Source: Thermoproteota archaeon
GTDB lineage: Archaea > Korarchaeota > Korarchaeia > Korarchaeales > Korarchaeaceae
Reading direction: 5' to 3'
Length of the DNA stretch: 64,000 bases
NCBI GenBank assembly: GCA_027492205.1
Contig: JAOZFN010000011.1
Span: 64,001 to 128,000, forward strand
The notes below the pieces were generated by a model that saw only the letters and a program-made list of their open reading frames with translations, was not told where the DNA came from and made no database searches. A program made the translations under genes and the position numbers. Shown here piece by piece: positions 19,584-28,697 of the stretch (its first letter is position 1; each line of letters starts with the position of its first letter).

Positions 19584-19608
19584 TATAAAGTTTACCTATT
19601 AGGTAAAC
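19584..19608 (-). promoter_or_regulatory. TATA box with an adjacent perfect palindrome
   Basis: Minus-strand TTTATA (19584-19589), 25 nt before ATG 19559; GTTTACCTA-T-TAGGTAAAC (19590-19608). Confidence 0.7.
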
Positions 19609-20180
19609 AACTGGGTGCTGTATACCGTTTTGTTCAACTCTAATTGTCCCCCACTCTCGGTAGTCAAAGCCTTGGGCGGACCCCGGGGAATTTCCAGCGA
19701 AGCTCGTATGGCAAGGGCGTGCAGACGATCCGCTTTGCCCCTTTTATCTGCACCTAGGCTGAGAATAGGTCTCAGCTACTGCGTCTCCGTCACTTTGCCT
19801 TCGGGGGACCTCATGGGGGATTGAAGGCGGGGGGACACGGATGGGGTAAACGGCAACCAACCCAGCCGGTCCTACCGCCATGAGGCCACCAAGTACTCTC
19901 CACTCGCTCATCGGCTTACTGAGAGAGGCTCAGAGGACTCGAGGAGGACCCGGAGTCCGCCAAGGCAAGATCCGGGAGCGTCAAGGGAGAGGTTCGAAAG
20001 GACCGGCAGGAAGTTCGTCGGTGAGGCGGGTCCGACCGACTGTTAAGCGACGATCCCAAGGAGTGGTTAGCAGAGTTCGGGTCTCAGGTTCAAAGTCAGG
20101 AGGGTGGGGTCGCCGAGGAACGCGACGGGGCTGGCCAGGCCGATCTACTGGCGGAGTGGCTCATCACGCAACACGGAGGC

Positions 20181-20711
20181 CTAGGGATGGGGTCCTCCCC
20201 GGGGTCGGCTCGACCGACGGGCAGACAGATCCCTAAGGTTCCTCCGCCTGGAGCCGGCGGATCGGCGCGCGGCGGGTGCTTGCGGCGCTGAGTCCTCACT
20301 CCTCCTTTCATGGATCTCCCGCTCATCCGCTCTATCTCGCCCCAGCCCTCCCCGTTGTTCCCTCTTACCATCCCCAGCGCACGAGATAGAAGCCCAAGAC
20401 AGACCTACGACCGCCAGCGCCACCAGGGCCAGGGCCGCCCGCGGCGCCCGGAGGTAGGCCGGGCCAGACGCGTCCAGAATCGAGTCAACCATGCTACCCG
20501 CGTTAAACCCTGCAACCGCGGATAGGGGCAGCTCCGGCCTCTTAAGGGCCCTTAAGGTCCCGAGACTGACGTAGGCGAAGGCATAGAAGGTGTTCTCTAG
20601 GACGAGCCAGACCGGGGCCATCTCGACGGAGAAGGCGAGGGCCAGGTCTTGGGCAAGGTACGCGATGCCCAGCGCCGCGCAGAGGACCGAGAAGGCCTTC
20701 CGGGCGAGCAC
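20181..20711 (-). CDS. Small 4-TM hypothetical membrane protein (3' tail probably run-on)
   Basis: Hydrophobic helices and an FNAG motif; TTTAAA near 20733 suggests a leaderless GTG start at 20711. Confidence 0.5.
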   Translation of the reverse strand: MLARKAFSVLCAALGIAYLAQDLALAFSVEMAPVWLVLENTFYAFAYVSLGTLRALKRPELPLSAVAGFNAGSMVDSILDASGPAYLRAPRAALALVALAVVGLSWASISCAGDGKREQRGGLGRDRADEREIHERRSEDSAPQAPAARRSAGSRRRNLRDLSARRSSRPRGGPHP

Positions 20712-20839
20712 CGGCAGGTCGGGTCGACCCGATTTAAAGTGGAGGCTGGCCGGCGCGGTCAGGCGCCCCTCACCAGAGAGGTGCGAGACACCTCGCACCT
20801 GTCGGCGCAGGGTTAATACGGTCGCTCGGGCAAAGGCTC

Positions 20840-23053
20840 GTGCGCGCCCGATCGCTTGCTATCCTGGCGATCGCCCTCTCACTGTCCGCGGCCGCCTACT
20901 TCTTATGGTCTGGGCGGGGCGGCGGTGGCGTGGTCGGCCCGAGCGGGGGCAGCTACGAACTCTCCTCTCTCAGGAGGCCGGGGCTTCCTCCGCCGGGCGG
21001 CCACCCGGCCAGGCCCGTGCGGGCCTCCCTGAGTCAGTCACTCCCCCTCGAGGAGTCTCAGCTGGCCAACCCGGAGGCCATGGACGTCCTCAACCTGGGC
21101 CGGGCCCAGAGGACATCCCTCCTGGAGAGGGGATTCGTCCTGGTGAGGTGGGGCGCCTTCGACGACTTCTCGGGGGCCTACGAGGCCCTGCCCCCGACCG
21201 TGCCCGTGTACGTCACGGCAGACACCGTACTGCACGCGTACCACGTGCTCTTCGACACAACGCTCGCCCAGATTGAGGAGCGGAGGATCTACCCGGACCT
21301 GGTGGCCGTCACCAGGGCGATGCTCGACGAGAGCCTATCCCTCGGCGGGGGGTCACGGGGGGAGGTGGCCGACGCCGCCAAGAGGAACGCGGCCTACTTC
21401 GCGGTCGCCCTCTCGCTCCTCGACCCGGACTTCGAGCCTCCGTCTGAGGTCGCCGACGTGGTCGAGGCAGAGCTGGACCTGATAGAGGCGCACGAGGGGA
21501 TCCAGAGGAGCCCGCTCTTCTGGTACGAGGAGGACTACAGCCAGTACGTCCCCAGGGGGCACTACACCAGTTCTGAAATCCTGCGGAGATACTTCAGGGC
21601 GATGATGTGGTACGGGAGGATGGCCTTCCTGATAAGGGGCGGGCCCTCTGGGTTCGTCACGCGGGAGCAGGCCAGGACGCTCACCCTTCAGGCGTCTCTG
21701 ATATCTGCCGCCATGCCGTCGGTCAGGCTGGAGGACGGCCACACCGTCGGCGAGGTCTGGAGCGACATATATTCCGTGACCTCGTTCTTCGTTGGGTTCG
21801 CCGACGACCTGACCCCTTACGACTACTTGGAGGCGCTCAGGCAGCTCTTCGGCGACTCTGTCGACCCAGAACAGATCCCCGGGCGGATTGACGAGGTCAG
21901 GGCCCTCGTCGCCGGCATGGGGAGGCCTAGGATATACGGCGGGACCGGCAACTGCGTCGTGTACCCGCCCTTTGACGAGGAGGACTTGGCGCGGTGCCTG
22001 GACGCCAGCGCCGGCATGAGGTTCATGGGTCAGCGCTACGTCCCGGACTCCTACGTCTTCCAGAGGCTCATCACGCCGTCGGTCGGCCTGTACGCTGGGA
22101 GCGACGAGCCCTTCACCCTCGGCCTGACGCCGGGAGGCCCGGCCAGGGTGTTCCCCAGGGGCCTGGACTGGTTCGCCGTCGTCGGCAGCGAGGCGGCCCT
22201 GAACGTGGTCAGGGAGGAGGGGGACGCCGACTACGAGGGGTACGGGGAGGTCGTCGCCCGGTTGAGGGAGGAGTTCTCCAACCTCAGCGAGGGGGACTGG
22301 TCGAGGAACCTCTACTGGTCGTGGCTCGACGCCCTCCGCATCCTCGCTTCTCCCAGGCCCGAGGGCTACCCCGCCTACATGAGGACCGAGGCCTGGGAGA
22401 GGAGGCAGCTGATGGCCGCCCTGGCGTCTTGGGCAGAGCTGAGGCACGACACGATACTCTACGCGAAGCAGAGCTACACGCCCAGGCTCGCGGCGGCCCC
22501 GCCTGGCCCGGCCAAGAGAAGGGCGTTCGTGGAGCCGATACCAGAGCTCTACGACAGGCTCCTCGCTCTGACCAGACAGACCAGGGAGGGGCTCCGGTCG
22601 CTGGGGTACCTGACCGAGGATCTCGACCGCAGGCTGACCGGCATGGAGGACCTGCTGAAGAACTTGGCCAGGATCTCCAGGGTCGAGCTCGCCGGTGAGA
22701 GGCTCAGCGGGGAGGACGTGAGGTACCTCCTCCACGTGGGAGACGCGCTCGAGGGGATCCTCGAGGGCCTCTCGGAGAGGTCTAGGTCGACGGTGATGGT
22801 GGCGGATGTCCACACGGACTTGAACTCCGGCATGGCCCTAGAGGAGGGCGTGGGCCTCCTCGACCTGATGGTGGTGGCCCTCCCGACGCCCGACGGAACC
22901 CACGTGGCCGCCGGGCCGGTCCTTACATACTACGAGTTCAAGCACCCCATCTCAGAGAGGCTGACCGACGAATCTTGGGGAGAGGTGCTCGCTCAGAATC
23001 CCCCGGAACTCCCGAACTGGGTCTCAGACCTTTACGCTGAGAACTGGGGTTAA
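20840..23053 (+). CDS. DUF3160 domain-containing membrane-anchored protein
   Basis: EDYSQYVPRGHYT, YFRAMMWYGR, SWAELRHDTILYAKQSY and VADVHTD motifs. Confidence 0.9.
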   Translation: MRARSLAILAIALSLSAAAYFLWSGRGGGGVVGPSGGSYELSSLRRPGLPPPGGHPARPVRASLSQSLPLEESQLANPEAMDVLNLGRAQRTSLLERGFVLVRWGAFDDFSGAYEALPPTVPVYVTADTVLHAYHVLFDTTLAQIEERRIYPDLVAVTRAMLDESLSLGGGSRGEVADAAKRNAAYFAVALSLLDPDFEPPSEVADVVEAELDLIEAHEGIQRSPLFWYEEDYSQYVPRGHYTSSEILRRYFRAMMWYGRMAFLIRGGPSGFVTREQARTLTLQASLISAAMPSVRLEDGHTVGEVWSDIYSVTSFFVGFADDLTPYDYLEALRQLFGDSVDPEQIPGRIDEVRALVAGMGRPRIYGGTGNCVVYPPFDEEDLARCLDASAGMRFMGQRYVPDSYVFQRLITPSVGLYAGSDEPFTLGLTPGGPARVFPRGLDWFAVVGSEAALNVVREEGDADYEGYGEVVARLREEFSNLSEGDWSRNLYWSWLDALRILASPRPEGYPAYMRTEAWERRQLMAALASWAELRHDTILYAKQSYTPRLAAAPPGPAKRRAFVEPIPELYDRLLALTRQTREGLRSLGYLTEDLDRRLTGMEDLLKNLARISRVELAGERLSGEDVRYLLHVGDALEGILEGLSERSRSTVMVADVHTDLNSGMALEEGVGLLDLMVVALPTPDGTHVAAGPVLTYYEFKHPISERLTDESWGEVLAQNPPELPNWVSDLYAENWG

Positions 23054-23343
23054 CCAGCCTTCTCTCTGTTCTCTCTCCTCTCTCGCCTGGAGACTAGGTC
23101 GAGGACTATCAATACGAGCCCAAGCGCGAACACCGACCCCAGCCCCGGCACGAAGAGGGCGAGGGTGAGTAGGGCAGCCAGAATCCACAGATCCGCTGAC
23201 CTCTCAGGGGGCGCTCTGTCCCGACCGCAGATCGCCCTGACAACATACTCGAGGAACCTCTCAACCAGGTCCACCATCAGAGCGAGCGTCAGTATGGTGA
23301 TGACGGGAGGCAGCCCGTACACCCAGGGCGTTAATGGGACCAT
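23050..23343 (-). CDS. Small membrane protein
   Basis: Three hydrophobic segments and a charged tail; AT-rich promoter upstream. Confidence 0.55.
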   Translation of the reverse strand: MVPLTPWVYGLPPVITILTLALMVDLVERFLEYVVRAICGRDRAPPERSADLWILAALLTLALFVPGLGSVFALGLVLIVLDLVSRRERRENREKAG

Positions 23344-23584
23344 CGTGGCGCATTGACCCGTTTGTGATAAAAAGTTTTACACATAAATGTCCAGTGGTGG
23401 GTTTCCATTCCGTTGGGCGCGACGTCTCCCTCGGGAAGCAGGGAGGCCTGGGGGTTTGGCTAGTGGGGCCGCATCGCGGTGAAGACCCCCAGGCGGGGAT
23501 AGTGGCGGATCGGAGGCGAGTTCTCGTCTGAGGCCGGCCCTCTAATGGATTTTTATCAATCGCTCACTTCTCCAGCGCGCTAAG

Positions 23585-24619
23585 ATGGTCCAATTTTCCC
23601 GCATGTCGGCGCTCTTGGGGGTACTCGTGGGGTCTGCCGTTGCCCCTCCGCCACTGGTCCCGGGGGGCACAGTCGGTGGTGGAATGGTTCAGTCGCCGGT
23701 CATACCGACCTCACCAGTCCCCTGGGTTGGGCTCGCGGAAGGGGATGTGAGGGGGATAGTCTACATCCTCCCGTCGGAGTGTTGTGCGAGCTATTGGACG
23801 GAGAAATACGGGGACAGGATATACTTCTACGTGTACGCCAACCTCTCAGATTGCAGGAGGCCGATCGGGAGCGACTTCTCCCTGATTGGGAGGTATTACG
23901 ACACCGTGATAGTGATCATTCCCGCGGACGACTCCCCCCTCTTTCGCCACAACTTGAGGGTGATAGACGAGCTCGCGGAGGAGCGATCCATGAGGGTCGT
24001 CTGGGGGGTCTTCCCCAAGTGGAAGTACGGGCCCGAGGACGACTACCTCGAACCCGGAACCCCCATGAATGGGCTGGTGCTGGGGCTCATGGAGTTTCTC
24101 TCAACGTTGAACTCGACCTGGAAGGTGGCCATATGGTACGGGTGGAGCTATAGGCGTGACTACGCGGACATAATCCGGTTCTACGACTCCCTCCCTGAGG
24201 GCCTGAGGGGGCTCTACGCCGCTTGGCTGGACGAGGAGTTCGCTCCGTTGGTCAATCAACTGGCAGTCAGGCCGGAGTTCCTCGTGATCACCGAGCTGTA
24301 CAGCGAGGACGAGATAGCGAAGTTCTCCGGCATCCTGCCGAATCAGATGGTGGTGACGGGCTACGAGGGGGCAGGTGACGCGGAGGAGTGGCTCCGCGGG
24401 ATGTGCCCAAACCTCAGGGCCATAAGGGACCCCTCGCTGGTGGGGATTTGGATGTTCTACGACAAGGGAGACGGGTCGGGGGAGGACTACGGGGCCTACT
24501 TCCCAGGGGAGGGCCTGGCCGACCCGTGGAGGTGCTTAAGCGGCGTGCGGCGCTCCTCCCGTCCGCCGGCGCGGATCCCGGTACCGCGGGTGGTGGGGCG
24601 GATCATAATTCCCACATGA
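23585..24619 (+). CDS. Secreted hypothetical protein, possibly glycoside-hydrolase-like
   Basis: Signal-like N-terminus; Trp/Tyr/Asp-rich body; TTTTTAT promoter element. Confidence 0.6.
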   Translation: MVQFSRMSALLGVLVGSAVAPPPLVPGGTVGGGMVQSPVIPTSPVPWVGLAEGDVRGIVYILPSECCASYWTEKYGDRIYFYVYANLSDCRRPIGSDFSLIGRYYDTVIVIIPADDSPLFRHNLRVIDELAEERSMRVVWGVFPKWKYGPEDDYLEPGTPMNGLVLGLMEFLSTLNSTWKVAIWYGWSYRRDYADIIRFYDSLPEGLRGLYAAWLDEEFAPLVNQLAVRPEFLVITELYSEDEIAKFSGILPNQMVVTGYEGAGDAEEWLRGMCPNLRAIRDPSLVGIWMFYDKGDGSGEDYGAYFPGEGLADPWRCLSGVRRSSRPPARIPVPRVVGRIIIPT

Positions 24620-24673
24620 GAGGGGGCTCGGGCGCGCGGCGCTGCAGGCCCCTCCCCTCAATCCGGCTTTCCG

Positions 24674-25675
24674 TCACGCCTTCGTACGCAGGATCCTCAG
24701 CTCAGTCGGCCTGAAGGTTACCGTCGACCCCCTCGGCGGGTCTTCCAACACGAGCTCGACTTCTTCATCCCCCACCCTCCCCTTCACCCTGTAGCCGGAT
24801 CTGGAGCGGGACACCGCGATTATCGTGGCGGCAATTCCGGCGGGCGTCTGCTCAACCTCCTCGGGGTAGAAGGCCACGGAGACCGCCTCGCCCACCCACT
24901 CCAGCTCGACCTCGTAATCCCCGAGCCCGTATCTTCTGCCGGCCCTCCGCTCCAGTGTGAGCACGTTGGCCCCAAGGAACCTGGCGACGAACTCGATCTG
25001 AGGATCGTCCACCACATCGCCGGCCGGTCCCTCCCTCAAGATCCTGCCGGCCCTCATCACCGCGAGCCTATCGGCGATGGCCAGCGCCTCCGCCTGGTCG
25101 TGGGTCACGTGGATGGCCGTGAAGCCCCTCTCGGCGTGGAGCCTCCTGACCTCCCAGAGGAGCTCCTCCCTGAGCCTGGCGTCGAGGGCCCCGAAGGGCT
25201 CGTCCAGGAGGAGCACCCTCGGCTCGGGAGAGAGCGCCCTCGCTATGGCCACCCTCTGCCTCTGACCCCCGGAGAGCTGGTGCGGGTACCTCGACTCGAG
25301 GCCCTCGAGCCTGAGGAGCCTCAGGTACTCCCTCGCCCTCCGCCTGGCCTCGCCTCCCTCGACCCCCCTCGCCACGAGCCCGAAGGCCACGTTGTCCAGG
25401 ACGGTCATGTGGGGAAACAGCGCGAGGTCTTGGAACACCATACCGACGTTTCTCTCCCTGGGGGGCACCTCGGTGACGTCGACTCCGTCAAACAGCACCC
25501 TGCCGGAGTCCGGCCTCTCCAAGCCGGCGACCACCCTCAGCATGGTGGTCTTCCCGCACCCGCTGGGGCCCAGCACGGCCGTGATGGCCCCGTCGGGAAC
25601 CTTGAGGGACGCCGAGTCCAGCGCGACCACCTTGCCGAATCTCTTGCTCACCGACCTCAGCTCGACCTCAACCAC
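24674..25675 (-). CDS. thiQ: ABC ATPase of the thiamine transporter
   Basis: GPSGCGKT, LSGGQRQR, LLLDEP and HVTHD motifs; last gene of the TPP-regulated operon; start approximate. Confidence 0.85.
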   Translation of the reverse strand: MVEVELRSVSKRFGKVVALDSASLKVPDGAITAVLGPSGCGKTTMLRVVAGLERPDSGRVLFDGVDVTEVPPRERNVGMVFQDLALFPHMTVLDNVAFGLVARGVEGGEARRRAREYLRLLRLEGLESRYPHQLSGGQRQRVAIARALSPEPRVLLLDEPFGALDARLREELLWEVRRLHAERGFTAIHVTHDQAEALAIADRLAVMRAGRILREGPAGDVVDDPQIEFVARFLGANVLTLERRAGRRYGLGDYEVELEWVGEAVSVAFYPEEVEQTPAGIAATIIAVSRSRSGYRVKGRVGDEEVELVLEDPPRGSTVTFRPTELRILRTKA

Positions 25676-27231
25676 CCCATCCTCCCCTCCACGATCTGCT
25701 TCGCCCACAGCGCCCCCCAGGTCAGCAGGGCCACAAGGGACGAGACCGCCGCGGCCTCCTGGAACCTCCTCACTCCGGCGTACCTGAGGGCCACTACCGT
25801 CAGGGTCTGGGTGGCCGGGGAGGCCAGCAGGGTGCTGGCCGCCGTCTCCGACAGTGAGAGGGCGATGGCGTAGAACGCCCCGGAGAGCACGGCGGGCGCG
25901 GCTGCGGGCAGCAGCACCTTGAAGGCGGCGTCCAGCCTGCTCAGGCCCAGGGTCTCGGCGGCGTCCAGCAGGCTCTCCGACAGTCCCGACATTCCGGACT
26001 CCACGGCCCTCATGGCGAAGGGCGCCGCGATCAAGACGTGGCTGGCCGCGATGAGGGTCCAGCCCGGGATTCCGAGCCTGACGCCGAGGGCGTAGAGCCC
26101 CAGGGCCGCCGTGATGGAAGAGGTCCCCAGAGGAAGTGAGGAGACTCCCAACGCCAGCGACCTAGCCCTGGTGGGCGCTGAGGCCACCAGGGAGGCGAGG
26201 GAGAGGGTGACGATGGCCGTTATGGCGGCGAAGAAGGCGCTGTTGACGAGCCCTCTGACGGGCTCGACCCCCAGGGACGCGTCGTAGGCGGTCGAGAGGA
26301 TCCTCGCGTAGACCGTGGGATCGAACCTGTCGGTCAGCGGGTCGAAGAGCGATCGCAGGACCAGGTAGGCGACGGGGTAGATCGCTAGGGCGGCTGAGGC
26401 GTATCCATAGACCGCGGCGAGGGCCGCTCGAGACCCCACCAGGGGCCTCCTCCTCCTGACCTCCCCCGAAACCCCCACGGGGGACCACCTCAGGGATGCC
26501 CACGCAACACCCATTGTGGCGGCCAGCTGGATCAGCGCCGCGGCGGAGGCCCGATCGGTGTCGAGGAACACCTTGTACAGGGAGTAGATCTCCACCTCGA
26601 GGGTCCTGTACCGTGGCCCCCCCAGGAGGAGGGGTATGGCGAAGCTGGTGAAGCTCAGGGAGAACGTGAGAGAGAAGCCGGCCGCGATCCCCCTCAGCGC
26701 GAGTGGGAGCGTGACCCTGAAGAACCTCGTGAGCGGCCCTGCTCCGAGGGTCTCGGCCGCCTCCTCGAGGCTCAGTCCAACGGATCCGAGGGATGCGGAG
26801 ATCATCTGGGCGCAGACCCCGAAGTTGAAGTAGGCGTGCGCCAAGACTATCGCGATCCAGCCCTGCGGAACTAGGCCGGCCCTAACGAGGAGCAGGAAGG
26901 CCAAGGCCACCGACACGGTCGGAAGGGTGAACGGAAGCGCCACGAGTGTCTCCACCAATTCCCTGCCAGGGTAGTCGTATGTGGAGTTGAGGTAGGCTAG
27001 CGGCAGGGCGAGCAGCACGGCCGCGCCCGCGCTGGCGAGGGCCTGGAGGAGGGAGAACCTGAGGGATCTCAGGACTACCGGGTCTGTGGCGGCGTCCGCC
27101 AGCGCCCGGACTCCCTCGAGCAGCAGCGCCCCCGCAGAGGAGGCCCAGAGGGAAAAGAGCAGGGCGGTGGCGAGGAGGGCTGGAATCCAATCTCCTGCCT
27201 CCCATCCCCGCCGACCGCCCACGGGGAACAC
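25657..27231 (-). CDS. thiP: ABC permease with two repeats (ThiP/FbpB type)
   Basis: Two EAA loops (LEEAAETLGA, LLDAAETLGL). Confidence 0.85.
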   Translation of the reverse strand: MFPVGGRRGWEAGDWIPALLATALLFSLWASSAGALLLEGVRALADAATDPVVLRSLRFSLLQALASAGAAVLLALPLAYLNSTYDYPGRELVETLVALPFTLPTVSVALAFLLLVRAGLVPQGWIAIVLAHAYFNFGVCAQMISASLGSVGLSLEEAAETLGAGPLTRFFRVTLPLALRGIAAGFSLTFSLSFTSFAIPLLLGGPRYRTLEVEIYSLYKVFLDTDRASAAALIQLAATMGVAWASLRWSPVGVSGEVRRRRPLVGSRAALAAVYGYASAALAIYPVAYLVLRSLFDPLTDRFDPTVYARILSTAYDASLGVEPVRGLVNSAFFAAITAIVTLSLASLVASAPTRARSLALGVSSLPLGTSSITAALGLYALGVRLGIPGWTLIAASHVLIAAPFAMRAVESGMSGLSESLLDAAETLGLSRLDAAFKVLLPAAAPAVLSGAFYAIALSLSETAASTLLASPATQTLTVVALRYAGVRRFQEAAAVSSLVALLTWGALWAKQIVEGRMGWLRSS

Positions 27232-27261
27232 GCCGATCGCCTCTCCTCGACCTTACTCGGG

Positions 27262-28374
27262 TTAGGATCCCACGGCCCTCCTCCACTCGTCGAGCCACCG
27301 CCTGAGGTTGGCCGCCACCTCGTCTGGGGTCAGCACCTCGTTCATAAGCTTGATCTTCGTGGGATCGATGGCGTACTGCGCGTACTCCGGGGGAAGATGG
27401 ACGTTCTCGTTGGCCGGGTACATCCAGTTGTTCAGCGGTATGAGCCTCTGCACCTCGGGGCTGAGGAAATACTCGATGAACTCCTCCGCCAGCTCCCTGT
27501 GCGGGGCCCCCTTGACTAGGCCTATGCCCTCTATCTGGAGCCAGCCCCACTCCTCACCGTTGTAGGTCACCAGCGTCGCCCTGTATCTGGTTTCCTGGTA
27601 GAAGTGATAGGAGTACGCCCCGTCGGTCCCGTAGCTCACCACGATCGGCCTGCCCTGAGCCTCATCCAGGAAGACGTCGTAGGCGTCCCCCCAGCTCCCC
27701 GCGACCAGAAGGCCGTTGTCGATCGCCCGAGTCCACCAGCTCCTCCAGTCCCCGCCGGTCATCTTGTAGTAGGCGATCTGCCAGAGCAGGAAGCCGAGAC
27801 CGGTGCTGCTCACAGTCGGATCCTCGGCCACCAGCCTCGAGGCGTACTCCGGCCTGGCCAAGTCGTCGAACGTGAGTCTGCTCATTTCCTCATCCGAGAT
27901 GCGCTGACTGTCGTACACGAGGGCGATGAGGCCGTAGTCGTAGGGCACGACGTGGTGCGTCGGATCTAGGGAGCTGACCAGCCAGTCGTAGATCTCGTCG
28001 AGGTTGCTCGGGGTGTAGGGCTCGAGCACCCCGGCATCGACGGCCTCGTGCACGAGCACGTTGTCAATCCCTATGATCACGTCCGCCTGCGGGTTGTCCT
28101 TCTCCTGGATCAGGGCCAGCAGCGCGGACCTCGCGTCGTCGAACTCCCTGACCACGACCTCGCAGTTGTACCTGCGCTCGAACTCGCCGTAGACCGCGTC
28201 GAGCGTCGCGTTGGGATCATCCCCCCACTTGAGCAGGCTCTCGTAGGTGTAGATGACCAGCCTCCTCTCGGCCCGAGCCTCGCCGGTCCTCTGCAGGGCC
28301 ACGTACGCTGCGGCAAGCACCACCACCGCCGCAAGGGCTAGGGCCAGGATCCGGCCAGCAGTCCACCTCACCAC
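27262..28374 (-). CDS. thiB: Thiamine ABC substrate-binding protein
   Basis: IYTYES, ADVIIGIDN, PYDYG, SSTGLGFL, VVSYGTD, QIEG and NWMYP motifs; start probably one of the GTGs at 28371-28377 after the GGGAGG RBS. Confidence 0.9.
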   Translation of the reverse strand: MVRWTAGRILALALAAVVVLAAAYVALQRTGEARAERRLVIYTYESLLKWGDDPNATLDAVYGEFERRYNCEVVVREFDDARSALLALIQEKDNPQADVIIGIDNVLVHEAVDAGVLEPYTPSNLDEIYDWLVSSLDPTHHVVPYDYGLIALVYDSQRISDEEMSRLTFDDLARPEYASRLVAEDPTVSSTGLGFLLWQIAYYKMTGGDWRSWWTRAIDNGLLVAGSWGDAYDVFLDEAQGRPIVVSYGTDGAYSYHFYQETRYRATLVTYNGEEWGWLQIEGIGLVKGAPHRELAEEFIEYFLSPEVQRLIPLNNWMYPANENVHLPPEYAQYAIDPTKIKLMNEVLTPDEVAANLRRWLDEWRRAVGS

Positions 28375-28430
28375 CACACCCCTCCCGGCAGACACCGGAG
28401 GGGCCGCGGGAGTCGGCATAAGGAGGTGCC

Positions 28431-28534
28431 GCGGGCACGCTCCCTACGCCGGCATTACCCGGATCAGGTTCCAGGGGTCGGCGGCGCGCTAGCCGCCCTC
28501 TCAGCCGGGTTGCCCCAGCTCCCCCGGTGCCCGC
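28431..28534 (-). ncRNA. TPP riboswitch (THI box)
   Basis: Minus strand reads GCGGGCAC-CGGGGGAGC...GGCTGAGAGG...ACCCCTGGAACCTGATCCGGGTAATGCCGGCGTAGGGAGC-GTGCCCGC. Consensus blocks and an 8-bp P1 are present; TATA near 28558-28564; lies upstream of thiB. Confidence 0.95.
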
Positions 28535-28697
28535 CGGGTGGCGAGAAACCCCGGGCAGTATAAATCATTTACTGAAGTCGCCAGGGACGCCCCTTCGTCG
28601 TCTTCCCGTCGGGCTTGACGCTCACGGTTCCCGGCGGACGTAGATCGCTCTTGAGAGGCTGCCACGCCCGTGAGGAGAGCTGTCGGGCCCCCGGATT

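Noticed and set aside
19800-20230. RNase P or SRP RNA in the ORF-poor gap
   Set aside because: The conserved GAGGAAAGUCC and SRP helix-8 motifs were not found.
21353-22813. Long antisense or alternative-frame ORFs (also 6141-7079, 29040-30248, 58714-59718 and others)
   Set aside because: These are shadow ORFs expected from high GC3, overlapping well-supported genes and lacking motifs.
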